A stretch of 62,976 nt of DNA from an uncultured Collinsella sp. (GCA_958348565.1 CATVZP010000001.1:1-62976), one strand, 5' to 3'; counted from the first letter of the stretch, positions 1 to 10,173 are shown. The notes: generated by a model from the sequence alone, not told the origin. Program-made: numbers and translations.

Positions 1-1158
1 GTCCAGATCGACGCCCATGTCTCGGGCATCGGCTGGCAGGGATGGGACACCCCCTCGGCGTCCGAGGGCGGCACCACCGGACAGGGCCGCGCCGTCGAGG
101 CCGTGCGCCTGAGGCTCACGGGCTCCCTCGCGAAGGACTACGACGTCTACTACCGCGTCCACGCCTCCAACATCGGCTGGATGGCCTGGGCAAAGGACGG
201 CGAGGAGGCCGGCACCACCGGAATGTCTTGTTCCCTTGAGGCGGTTCAGATTAAGCTTATTAAGAAGGGTGCGTCCCATCCTGATACGACTGGTTATTCT
301 CATCTTGAATTACCAACGGTGACGTACTCATCCCAGGCGAAGGGCGCTTGGCAGAATTCTGTTTCTGCCGGAGAGGTGTCCGGTACGACTGGTAAGGGCA
401 TTTCCATTACCGGGTTCTCGGCCAAGATCACTTCGTTCGTTGCCGGTGGAATTAATTATCAGCTGCACCTTTCAAATGTAGGTTGGACTTCTGGTAAGTC
501 AAATGGGGATCAGCTGTCGTCTGCTACTGAATCCAATCCGGTTGAAGCAATTAAAGTCTCCCTATCGGGTGACTTGACAACTTATTTCGATGTTTGGTAT
601 AGGGTCCATATCGAAAATGTTGGCTGGCTCGGTTGGACAAAAAATGGCGCCGTCGCCGGCAGCACTGGCTATGGGGCGCATGTCCAGGCCGTTCAGGTGA
701 GAATTACGAGAAAGGGCGCTGCTGCTCCGGGGAGCACCATCTCTCCGATGCTTCTTGGCGAACCACTTTCTCTTGCTAATCCAATGCAGAAGAAAATTGT
801 AGATCTGTCGAGGCAGGTTCCCTCTCCTGGTCCGGGGTTGTGTTCAGAATGGATTGCTCAGGTCTATGAGCGGGCTGGATTCAGGAATGTTCATACGGAT
901 GCTTGTGACTACTATTGGGATTTCTGCAAATATACTGATTATTCGCAGCTGAAGGTTGGAATGGTCATTGCTGTTCCCTCGCATATACATACGTATATGG
1001 GCCGTATATACGGTCACGTTTGTATCTATATTGGCAACAACCAAGTTATGGATAATGTTGGTCACATAAGGACTCTGGATATGGGTTATTGGCTGGATTA
1101 CTATTCCACTACGTATAAGCCAAAATGGGGCTGGTACGACAACATCCCGCTTGCATAG
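1..1158 (+). CDS. ChW-repeat surface protein with C-terminal CHAP/NlpC-P60-like peptidoglycan hydrolase domain (5' end outside window)
   Basis: Frame is open from base 1 (VQIDAHVSGIGWQGW...GTTGQGRAVEAVRL). ChW units of the form H-x-x-x-GW...GTTG...EA recur. The C-terminus has the Cys/His pair GLCSEWIAQVY...YGHVCIYIG. Confidence 0.8.
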   Translation, partial: VQIDAHVSGIGWQGWDTPSASEGGTTGQGRAVEAVRLRLTGSLAKDYDVYYRVHASNIGWMAWAKDGEEAGTTGMSCSLEAVQIKLIKKGASHPDTTGYSHLELPTVTYSSQAKGAWQNSVSAGEVSGTTGKGISITGFSAKITSFVAGGINYQLHLSNVGWTSGKSNGDQLSSATESNPVEAIKVSLSGDLTTYFDVWYRVHIENVGWLGWTKNGAVAGSTGYGAHVQAVQVRITRKGAAAPGSTISPMLLGEPLSLANPMQKKIVDLSRQVPSPGPGLCSEWIAQVYERAGFRNVHTDACDYYWDFCKYTDYSQLKVGMVIAVPSHIHTYMGRIYGHVCIYIGNNQVMDNVGHIRTLDMGYWLDYYSTTYKPKWGWYDNIPLA

Positions 1159-1206
1159 CGAGGGCGTAAGATATTCTAGGTTGAGTTTGGCCTGATTCTT
1201 TGATTT

Positions 1207-1250
1207 AGAACGAACGGTTCGCTTTTGTTGCGCTCCGTTCGTTTCTTTTT
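1207..1250 (+). terminator. Putative intrinsic terminator
   Basis: GAACGAACGG...CCGTTCGTTTC stem followed by a T-run, just downstream of the first gene. Confidence 0.55.
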
Positions 1251-1336
1251 ATGCACCATTCGCGTTATACGTATTTGAGTAACTGATGAATCATTTAATA
1301 ATTAATCCAAGGTTGGCTAATCGATGGGGAGTCAAA

Positions 1337-4300
1337 ATGAAGCATAGAAGGACTGCGGTCGTTATTGGTATGGCCTGGCTCATGTGCGCGATGCCGGCAC
1401 TTCAGCCGATTGCCGTTTACGCCGAATCTGTTCAGGACTCGTCCGTTTCGTTAGCTCAGGAATCTACCGTTCAAGCTTCCCCGACAGGTGATGCACTTGC
1501 TGGGACAGCTGGAACCGATGCCGATCAGGCGGGCGAGAGCAATGATATCGGCGTGCTTGATGGTACTGCTTTCGATGCCTCGGACAATGCGACCGAGAAT
1601 GGGTCTCCGTCGGAGTCTGAAATCAAAGCCAATTCCGCTTCTGTTTTGGATGTTGATGCGACCGACGGTCAGGTGGATATGTCCGACGATAAATCTGAAT
1701 CTGCGCCCGTTCTTACCTATCAGGCACATGTGCAAGATTACGGGTGGATGACGTCGGTCTCCGCGGGTGAGCTTGCGGGCACTACCGGCAAGTCGAAGCG
1801 TATGGAAGCGCTGAAGCTTTCCGTTAAAGATGCCGAGGGCAACGAGATTTCCGATGCGCTTTCCATCAAAGCCCACGTGTCAAACATCGGCTGGATGGAC
1901 CCGGTGGGCAACGATGCCATTGTCGGTACTGTGGGACAGTCTCGGCAGCTTGAGGCCATCGCAATCCAGCTCTCCACCGAGCTTTCTCAAAACTACAGTG
2001 TTTGGTACCGAGTCCACTCGTCCAACTTTGGTTGGCTGGATTGGACGTGCGACGGTGCCAATGCGGGCACCGAGGGTTATGGCTATTCCGTTGAGGCTGT
2101 CGAAATCGTTATATTGGCCAATGATGTTGCTGCCCCGGGTGGTACGGATGTCCCCTTCAAGAACAAGGCAGATGAACCCGCGGTCGTGACGTATTCGACC
2201 CACGTCTCCAACGTTGGTTGGATGTCCGCCGTGAGCGATGGCGCCACCGCGGGTGTTCCCGGTGCGGAGCACGTTGAGTCGCTTGAGGCTGGGATTACCT
2301 GGTTTGGTGGAAGCGCTGGCGTCCAAGTTCGCTCGCACGTTCAAGATCAAGGATGGGGCTCCTGGTCTTTTGGACGTACGGGTACAACGGGTTTGTCTCG
2401 CCGCATCGAGGCGCTTCAAATGCGCCTTACGGGCGACGCTGCGAACGTGTACGACCTTTGGTATCGAGTCTATTCCGCTCGTGACAACGCATGGCTTGGC
2501 TGGGCGTCTAACGGCGCGGCGGCCGGAACCGTGGGTATGAGCTCGGGCGTTCAGGCCGTGCAGATCGTACTCGTTGAGAAGGGTGAAGAAGCTCCCGGCT
2601 CTACGGAGGGCGCCTTTAAGGGCTCCGAGCATGCTGTCTTGCAGGGAGCGGCGCTCGGCTTGGACGGCTCGACGGTTGGGACTGGCACGGGCTCGACCAT
2701 CGTTATTGGCTCGGAAGATGCCTCTAAGCCGCTCAAGAGCTTTGCGCTTAACGTGAACAACCAGATATGCGACGGCTCGATTCTGTACCAGTCTGGCAGC
2801 CAATACGGTTCTATGCCCGAGGGCGTCGATGTCGCGGACGGTGGTTGGACAACCACGCTTTCGGATGGTTTGGCCATGCGCTGCGTGAGGATCAGCTTCT
2901 CGGGTGATCTCGCAACAAGCTACAACGTCTGGTATCAGGTGTTCGATGGCAGCACGGGCAAGTGGACTGGCTGGGCTTCCAATGGATCGCCTGTCGGCAG
3001 CGCTTCCAACAATGCTGCCATCTGCGCTGTGCGTGTGTGTCTCCTTGAGAAGGATGCCGCTGCGCCTGGTTCCACCGATGGTGCCTATGTAGAGGCGGAC
3101 TACACCAATGGGGTTCTTTCTGCCCAAGGTCATGTGGCCGAGATTGGTTGGCAGACCGCTTCGTTGGGTACCGATGTTACCGTGGGTACCACAGGCCGCG
3201 CTCTATCTCTCCAAGCTCTTCGTGTTGGTGCCGCTGGTCCAATTGCCGGCTCTGTTTCCGTTGCAGCTCATGTTGAGGAAGAAGGTTGGCAGAACACCGC
3301 CGAGGCTCCGACGATTGCTGGTACAACGGGGAAGAGCCGTTCTATCCAGGCAGTAAGAATTAACCTTACCGGCGAGCTTGCCAACCAGTACGATGTTTAC
3401 TACCGCGTTCACGCTTCTGGCTATGGCTGGCTCTCTTGGGCATGCAACGGTGCAGACGCTGGCACTACGGGTCTGGGCGTCTCGGCAGAGGCCGTTCAAA
3501 TCATGCTCGTGAAAAAGGGCGAGGCGGCTCCTGCGACTGGTTCGGATGCGTGCATCACCAAGCCGATGCTAAGCTATTCTGCTCACGTATCGAATATCGG
3601 CTGGATGGCATCCGTCTCCAACAACGGATACGCCGGCACGCAGGGTCGCGCCCTCAAGGTCGAGGACCTCAAGCTCTCGGTGAGTTCAAACGTCTCGGGT
3701 GACATTCAGTATTCCGCTCATGTGCAGGATTACGGTTGGCGTAGTTGGGCATCGAACGGTGCGAGCTGCGGCACCACGGGGCAGAACAAACGCTTGGAGG
3801 CCATTAAGATCCAGCTCACCGGTGACCTGTCCAAGTATTTCGACGTATGGTATCGCGCTTACGTGCAGGATTACGGCTGGCTCGGCTGAGCCGCAAATGG
3901 CGCTCAAGCGGGAACTAGCAACATCGGCTACCGCCTCGAGGGCATTCAAATCCAGGTCCTTCCCAAGGGCTCTGCCGCACCGGGCTCTACCTATCGCCCC
4001 TTCACGAACGTTCCCGTGATGCCCGCGGATCAGTTTGCCATGTGGCAGCGTGCGAATCGCTATGCTAGTTCGACCAACTGGTTGCTGCTTGTGGATACGA
4101 CCCGCTGCCGTGTGGGCGTGTACAACGGAAGTTCCTACAACTGGAACCAGGTGTTCTACTGGCAGTGCTCTCCGGGCGCTGCTTATACCCCTACCGTTAT
4201 TGGCGAGTTCACCGTGTACGGCAAGGGTTACAGCTTTGGCCATGGCTACACTTGCTACTACTACACGCAGTTCTACGGTGACTACCTGTTCCATTCCGTG

Positions 4301-4444
4301 CCCTACGATCAAGGAACGTTCAATATCCAGGATGGGCGCTTGGGGCAGAACCTTTCTCAAGGCTGTGTAAGGCTTGCGATTCAAAATGCCAAGTGGATTT
4401 ACGATAACGTCCCGTATGGTACTAAGGTTGTTACGTATCGCTAG
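1337..4444 (+). pseudogene. ChW-repeat protein with C-terminal L,D-transpeptidase (YkuD) domain, interrupted by in-frame TGA at 3887-3889
   Basis: RBS GGGGAG precedes ATG 1337, followed by a signal peptide (..AVYA) and many ChW repeats. TGA sits at a conserved Trp position (GWLG*AANGAQAGT). The frame continues into ORF 4016-4444 with the YkuD-type motif FHS...LSQGCVRL...AKWIY. Confidence 0.85.
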
Positions 4445-4494
4445 GGCGTAACAAATCTGAACTTGAACGATGGAACGAGGATTGATAGAAAGAG

Positions 4495-4526
4495 GCGGGC
4501 CGTTGGCAAAAGTGCCGACGGCCCGC
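4495..4526. terminator. Hairpin between convergent genes, likely bidirectional terminator
   Basis: GCGGGCCGTTGGCA-AAAG-TGCCGACGGCCCGC forms a 14-bp stem including a G.U pair. Confidence 0.65.
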
Positions 4527-4552
4527 TTTGTCATTACTATGACGATGAATCA

Positions 4553-7500
4553 CTACTTGCTTTCGAGTCTCATCTCAACAGCTTCAATGGGAAGACCGCG
4601 ACCGGTTGTGCCGGCGGTGACGCCGTTTTTAACCCAGGGCATCCAGCCAATGTTGGAAACGTGCACGCGATATAAAATGTCGTAGTGCTTTGCAAGATCG
4701 CCGGTGAGCTTCACTTCCAGCGCTTCCATATGGCGTGATTTGCCCGTTGTGCCCGTGGCGCGCCCGTTCGAGGTCCATGTGTTCTCCCATCCCTGGTTGG
4801 CTACGTGGGAGCGGTAGGTAATGTCCCCGTTGAAGGGGGCTCCGGAAACGGAAAGCTTCAACGCTTCAACGCCCGGGGTCATCCCCGTGGTGCCAGCATA
4901 TGTAGTGCCGTGAACGGCTGCCTGCCAGCCAATGCTAGAGACATGCGCGGTTACGTTGGGCAGGCCGATGATGGATGCGCGCGCAGTGCTTCCTGGCGCG
5001 GCATCATCCTTCTCAACAAGCTTGACCTCGATTGCCTCTACGCGCCTGCCAAAGCCCGTGGTGCCCGCGCTCTCGCCGTTCTTGGCCCAGCCAAGCCATC
5101 CTTCGTCCTGTACATGGGCTCGATAGTAAATGTCGTAGTGCTCGGCGAACTCGTTGGTAAGCCTCATTTGGATAGCTTCGATTTGGCGCGATTCGCCAAC
5201 GGTGCCCGCGACTTCACCTTCGTTCTTCCAGCCTTGCCAGCCAAGGTTTGCGCAATGGGCTTGGTATTGCACCGTGCCGGAGTAGGGGAGGGCCGCCATG
5301 TCGACTTTGAACGCCTCGAGTGCCTTGGACTTTCCCGTGGTGCCAGCGGTCTTGCCCTCCTTGACCGAGGAGATCCAACCCGTTCCAGAAACGTGGGCAG
5401 AGGTCATAAGGGTCGAACCGTTGGTCTTCGTGCGAACCAGCCTGTACGTTCCATCGGCAAGCTTCTTGTAGTACGTGAGCGCGGACGTGTTGCCAGAGAA
5501 TACGGCAATGTCGTAATCGGCGGACTTTAGAATCATATCGGAGAATTCAACGAGGTAGCACGTGTCGCCCTTGGGGCAGAGGGCTTGGATAGCCGTATCT
5601 GAAGAAGATGAGATGGGTGAAGCGAACCAATCCATAATGCTGTAGTCGACCGTGCTCGACGGACTGAAGGCCGCGGCTTTCGTCATGTTGAACACGCCGC
5701 ATCCCGCGTCACCCGTTGCCGAGTTGTACGTGCTCGATCCATAGCCGGACAGCGCAACTTCGGGGTTGAAGAACAGGATTAGCTCGGCTGCCACCGAAGA
5801 GTCGATATCGGTAATTCCCAAGGAGCTCAACTGGTCTTGCTTGGAGGGCCACAGCCCGGTTGGCGTGTTGGGGTGTCCCTTGTAATAGTAGGCGTACTCG
5901 TCTCCGTAGTAGGTCATGGTGAGCTTGGCGTAGTCTTCGAACGACTGCTCTAGGTTGACGTAGGTGCCCAAGAGAACCATGGGCTTTTTGCCTTCAGCTT
6001 CGGCGGCGGTGAAGTAGCCGTCGTTGAAGTTGTAGAGTGCCTTGAACGCCGCGACCGTTGCGTCGCCACGTTGCTGGAGCGCGGTGAGCATACTCGCCAC
6101 GTTCTTCTTCTTTACCGCCGGATCGGTGGCAATGGCGTTGGCAAATGCGTTGCCGTCAGCGCTCTGGAACAGGTTCGCGCGCGTCATCCACCATTCAGTG
6201 TTCGGCTCGCATTTCAACACGGCGTACATGGAGTCCCAATGGGCGTGCCATCCGTAGTCCGAGCTTGCCTGTCCGTTCTTGTATGCGTACTCCTTGGCGG
6301 CCAGCCAACTCTGCTCAAGCTGGGCTTCCTTGGCGGCGGGATCCACACCTTCAGCGTTGAATGCCTCGTTCATGAAGTTGTAAGTAGCCGTTCCGTCAGA
6401 AAGAAGATAGATCTTGTAGTTGTCCTGGGGAATCTGGTTGGCGTAGATGATCGAATGGATGAGCGAACAGGTAATGTCATTGATGAACAGGTTGAACTTC
6501 GAGTCGGGCTTCAGACGCTTGAGCTCCTTTACGTAGCTTGCAAAAGCGCTGTAGTCGCTGGAGACCTTAACGGCGTCTTCGGTCATGAAGGGCATGGCGT
6601 ACATGCCGCTGGGGAGTGCATTCCAGTTAAATGCCGACGGGCGGTCGAGCATGACAATGGATGGCGCCGCGGTGCCCGTGGCGGAGGTGGTGTAGTCCCA
6701 GTAAGAGATTGAGTAGAGGACTACCGGGAAGGATGCAGAGAGGGGTGCGAGGTTGTACTCACTCGCGGTCACGCCGAATTCGCGGGTGTCGGTGCCAACC
6801 ACGCGACCGTCCTTGAGGTACTCGATGGTTGCCGTGAACGGTCCGTAGGTTTCAACATTGAGCGCCATGCCGTTCGCGTTGATAGTTGCCAGCGAAGTTG
6901 AGCCGGACACCTTGCGGGTCACGGTGTCGCCGTACGCCATGGTTGCGGTTACGCGCATGTCCGTGGCGACGCCGTCGGTGCGCAGAAGGTTGAGCGAGTC
7001 GGGACGTACGCGGACGACGGTGGACTCCCCCTCCTGCGTAATGGATGTCTGGTAGTACGAGGGAATGTAGGCATCTTTGTCAGATGAGGGCGCTTTATCG
7101 CCGTGTTTCACCAAGAGGATTTCGACGGCTTCAGCGCGATAGTCCCAACCGGTCGTACCGGCTATTTCGCCGTTTTTGGCCCAGCCAAGCCATCCGAAGT
7201 TCTGGGCATGAATGCGGTAGTACACGTCGTAGCTGCTGGCAATGTTGCCCGTGAGCTCGATTTGGATTGCCTGCATGGAGTACGACATGCCCGTGGTACC
7301 CGCCACGGCGCCGTCTGCCACCCAGTCCTGCCAACCCACGTTGGTGCAATGCGCGCGGTAGCGAATGCCGCCGTCTGCGTTGGCAAGGGAGATCTTAAGG
7401 GCTTCGATGGCGCGTGCTTTGCCCGTTGTTCCGACCGTTGCACCGTCCTTGCTGAGGTCGGGCTCCCAGCCTTGGTCGCTGACGTGCGCCGCGTATTGAA

Positions 7501-7858
7501 CGGAAGGGGTGGATACCGTCTGTGTTTCGGTGGTTGGTTCAGGCAATTGGGTTGCTGCCGTCGTGGCGGCGTCTTCCACGGGAGTTGCCAGGACTTCTTC
7601 CATTTCGCTGGCGGACGTGCCGGTGGCTTCGGAGGGATCGTCGGTGACGTTCGTCATGGATTTCTCCCGAGCAGTTTGATTTGAGGCGGGGATTGTCGCC
7701 CCTTCGCCGGGAGTGAGTGCTGTTTCCTCTTGGATTGTGACTGACTCGGCCGGTCCTAGCTCGCCTTCGTCAGCATACGCAGTGTTCGGCACCAACGCTA
7801 GAGCAATGAATAGCGAGTAGAAGAGTGTGAAGCGAATCGTTGCTTTGCGTCGACTCAT
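4553..7858 (-). CDS. Secreted ChW-repeat protein (1101 aa) with central GT-B domain resembling GT80-type sialyltransferases
   Basis: RBS GGAAAGGAG precedes ATG 7858, then signal peptide MSRRKATIRFTLFYSLFIALALVPNTAYA. ChW repeats lie on both sides of a central region with LLSDGTATY, MVLLGT, YYYKGHP and AELILFF...GYGSSTY. ChW architecture is secure; the enzyme call is inference. Confidence 0.7.
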   Translation of the reverse strand: MSRRKATIRFTLFYSLFIALALVPNTAYADEGELGPAESVTIQEETALTPGEGATIPASNQTAREKSMTNVTDDPSEATGTSASEMEEVLATPVEDAATTAATQLPEPTTETQTVSTPSVQYAAHVSDQGWEPDLSKDGATVGTTGKARAIEALKISLANADGGIRYRAHCTNVGWQDWVADGAVAGTTGMSYSMQAIQIELTGNIASSYDVYYRIHAQNFGWLGWAKNGEIAGTTGWDYRAEAVEILLVKHGDKAPSSDKDAYIPSYYQTSITQEGESTVVRVRPDSLNLLRTDGVATDMRVTATMAYGDTVTRKVSGSTSLATINANGMALNVETYGPFTATIEYLKDGRVVGTDTREFGVTASEYNLAPLSASFPVVLYSISYWDYTTSATGTAAPSIVMLDRPSAFNWNALPSGMYAMPFMTEDAVKVSSDYSAFASYVKELKRLKPDSKFNLFINDITCSLIHSIIYANQIPQDNYKIYLLSDGTATYNFMNEAFNAEGVDPAAKEAQLEQSWLAAKEYAYKNGQASSDYGWHAHWDSMYAVLKCEPNTEWWMTRANLFQSADGNAFANAIATDPAVKKKNVASMLTALQQRGDATVAAFKALYNFNDGYFTAAEAEGKKPMVLLGTYVNLEQSFEDYAKLTMTYYGDEYAYYYKGHPNTPTGLWPSKQDQLSSLGITDIDSSVAAELILFFNPEVALSGYGSSTYNSATGDAGCGVFNMTKAAAFSPSSTVDYSIMDWFASPISSSSDTAIQALCPKGDTCYLVEFSDMILKSADYDIAVFSGNTSALTYYKKLADGTYRLVRTKTNGSTLMTSAHVSGTGWISSVKEGKTAGTTGKSKALEAFKVDMAALPYSGTVQYQAHCANLGWQGWKNEGEVAGTVGESRQIEAIQMRLTNEFAEHYDIYYRAHVQDEGWLGWAKNGESAGTTGFGRRVEAIEVKLVEKDDAAPGSTARASIIGLPNVTAHVSSIGWQAAVHGTTYAGTTGMTPGVEALKLSVSGAPFNGDITYRSHVANQGWENTWTSNGRATGTTGKSRHMEALEVKLTGDLAKHYDILYRVHVSNIGWMPWVKNGVTAGTTGRGLPIEAVEMRLESK

Positions 7859-7973
7859 GCTAGCTCCTTTCCACAGGCATAATGCACCATTTGATGGTAG
7901 CAGCATTTGGGAGCGTTCGATTTGCATTATCCCAACGGTTGAGGATATCGGGTAAGCGGCCTTGAATATCAAC

Positions 7974-8476
7974 ACCAGCTGGCGATCGGCCGGATAGAGG
8001 GCTTCTGCCCGAAGGCCGCCGAGATGCTCGAGGAGCCCGAGGCGGATGCGCTGGCCTACATGGACTTCCCCTATGAGCACCACGTGAGGCTGCGCACCAA
8101 CAACGTGCAGGAGCGCGCCAACCGCGAGCTCAAGCGCCGCAGCCGTGTGGTGCAGGTGTTCCTCAGCAGGAAGTTGCTCATCAGGATGATGGGCGCCGTT
8201 TTCGCCGAGATGGACGAGGACTGGGCGGGCCTCCGCTGGTTCAACGACGAGTCCATGGGAAGGGCCGTGGAGGGCACAAAGGTGAACGCGCCCGCGCCCG
8301 CCTACGGGGCCTTCGCCGCCGAGCATGCCGCGGGGATCATCGAGCCCGTTGTTGCCGACAACCCCGTTCCCGGGAGGAGGGTAGCGTAGCATGCGTTAGA
8401 ATGACAGCATTTTAGGCGACGATCGGTTACCGCGACGGCCCCTGGCCGCTGCTCAAAAACCGAGCCCTACACCAAC
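7974..8476 (+). mobile_element. IS256-family transposase 3' remnant (ORF 8024-8389)
   Basis: LAYMDFPYEHHVRLRTNNVQERANRELKRRSRVVQVF is the IS256 C-terminal signature. The N-terminal part is missing. CTACACCAAC near 8467-8476 resembles an IS256 right end. Boundaries are approximate. Confidence 0.85.
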
Positions 8477-8559
8477 ACTGATACAACTTTTGGAGCAGTA
8501 GGTATGGCGAGAAAGAAACGAAAACCGATAATCTCAAGGGGCAAAAATACAGGTTTGAG

Positions 8560-9141
8560 GTGAATGATTTCATTCTGGCTGAGGATTGGTCATACACGAA
8601 ACCGGGACGTCAGTTTTTTGATGATGACCTGCTGAGAATAATCGATTTCTTCTGCCTGCACTCGCCGTGCAAACAAGGAAGCTATTCTGGTTTAACTTTG
8701 GACATGCTGGGTTGGCGCAACCCTTGGAATAGCTCAAGGTTTCGCAATCGATTTATCGAACTGCTCGGCTTGTCCGAGGAGTCATTCATCTACTGTGATT
8801 ATCAACATTGCTTTAAAAAAGAGTGGGAGAAGCTGGGCTTACATACTGATTATCTTTCAATGAGGCATCCATATGCTGTCATAGCTGCTGCAGGCGAGTC
8901 TAACCGATACATGGACCTTCTTCATAGGATTCGAAATAGCTTTGCTCACGGGAGGTTCACCGTTGCAGGAGATCATGGAGAATACTATTTTTACTTTGAA
9001 GATGTGAAGGAAACAAATGGATCTACGTGCGTTCTCGCGCGCGCTTGCTTAACAAAAAGCGGGATGAGTAGACTGCTCGCTTTTTTAACTCGAGAAAAAG
9101 GCTCTGCAGCTGGATTCGAGTCGATTATCGAGACTCATTGA
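8560..9141 (+). CDS. Hypothetical protein with HEPN-type RxxxxH motif (possible RNase / defence effector)
   Basis: Low-GC ORF containing DLLHRIRNSFAHGRF (R-N-x3-H). The start codon is uncertain. Confidence 0.55.
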   Translation: MNDFILAEDWSYTKPGRQFFDDDLLRIIDFFCLHSPCKQGSYSGLTLDMLGWRNPWNSSRFRNRFIELLGLSEESFIYCDYQHCFKKEWEKLGLHTDYLSMRHPYAVIAAAGESNRYMDLLHRIRNSFAHGRFTVAGDHGEYYFYFEDVKETNGSTCVLARACLTKSGMSRLLAFLTREKGSAAGFESIIETH

Positions 9142-9421
9142 TGCCCGATTATCGTCGTTGCCGAGTTTTCAACATAAACCTAAAGCAGTTCGTTTTGGTG
9201 TGCTGCATTAAATTATTCGTCAACAGCATAGGTAACAGTTCTCGAGTTCCAAGTCTCATATGAGCAAGTAGCGAAGGCGAACGACACCGCCGCTCCCATC
9301 ATTCTTGATAAGTGATTATTACGCGGCGTGAGCACCACCCGTTTAGGGGTTTGCGTATCGGTGCCCACGCCGTTTGCGTATCGCGCGTTTCGCGCTGAGC
9401 GTATCGCCTATTGCCTTTTGG

Positions 9422-10162
9422 CTACTTCCTGGATAAGACCAGCTTGCGGACGTTCACGTCGCCCAGGTCTATCCTGACCGCCCCGTGGATCAGCCTGTCG
9501 ACCATCGCATCCGCCTGGACGCCGCCGCCGAGGCGGCCGTGCCACTCCGCCGGCGCGTACTGCGTGCAGAGCACCGTGGAGTGCGACATGTACCTGCGCT
9601 CTATCAGCTCGAACAGGAAGCGGATGGCCACGTCGTCGACGTCCTCGGTCAGCCACTCGTCAATGACCAGCAGCTCGTATCGGGCGTACTTCCTCAGGAT
9701 CTTCGCGTCCGAGCGCTCGGTGGCCGCCAGCTCGTCGCGCTCCATGAGAAGGTCGGGCAGCCTGACGTAGCGGGCGCTGCGGCGCATGTTGCAGGCCCGT
9801 TTGGCGATGCAGCAGGCGAGGTAGCTCTTGCCCGTGCCGGTGCAGCCCTCGATTACGACGTTGCGCGATTCCGCCATGAACTGGCAGGTGCCGGCCTCGC
9901 GGATGAGCACGCCGTCGATGCCGCGCCCCTCGTATATCATCTCGCCCATGTCGGCGTCGGGGAACCGCAGGTGGGCGCGGCCGACCAGCCTTTTCACGCT
10001 GCTGGTGCGCTTCTCCTCGTACGCGTGGTCCACCATCATGCGGACCCTCTCCTCGAACGGCATCGCCATGCACGTCCTGTCGGAGTCCTGCAGGTCGAGC
10101 GCGTCCGCCATCTCGCCCATCGACATCTCGCGCAGCTTGCGCCGGGTCTCTTCGTCTATCAT
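9422..10162 (-). CDS. istB: IS21 helper ATPase IstB
   Basis: Walker A GCTGTGKS, Walker B LLVIDEW, ADAMVDRLIH. Confidence 0.92.
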   Translation of the reverse strand: MIDEETRRKLREMSMGEMADALDLQDSDRTCMAMPFEERVRMMVDHAYEEKRTSSVKRLVGRAHLRFPDADMGEMIYEGRGIDGVLIREAGTCQFMAESRNVVIEGCTGTGKSYLACCIAKRACNMRRSARYVRLPDLLMERDELAATERSDAKILRKYARYELLVIDEWLTEDVDDVAIRFLFELIERRYMSHSTVLCTQYAPAEWHGRLGGGVQADAMVDRLIHGAVRIDLGDVNVRKLVLSRK

Positions 10163-10173
10163 CTCCACACCGC

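Noticed and set aside
3887..3889. TGA read as Trp (alternative genetic code) or selenocysteine
   Set aside because: Many other genes here terminate with TGA (e.g. 9139-9141, 20478-20480) and Trp is otherwise TGG. The position is a structural Trp, not a catalytic Cys.
7859..8392. N-terminal 178-aa extension of the 1279-aa minus-strand ORF
   Set aside because: It is antisense to the IS256 remnant and intergenic DNA; the RBS and signal peptide place the true start at 7858.
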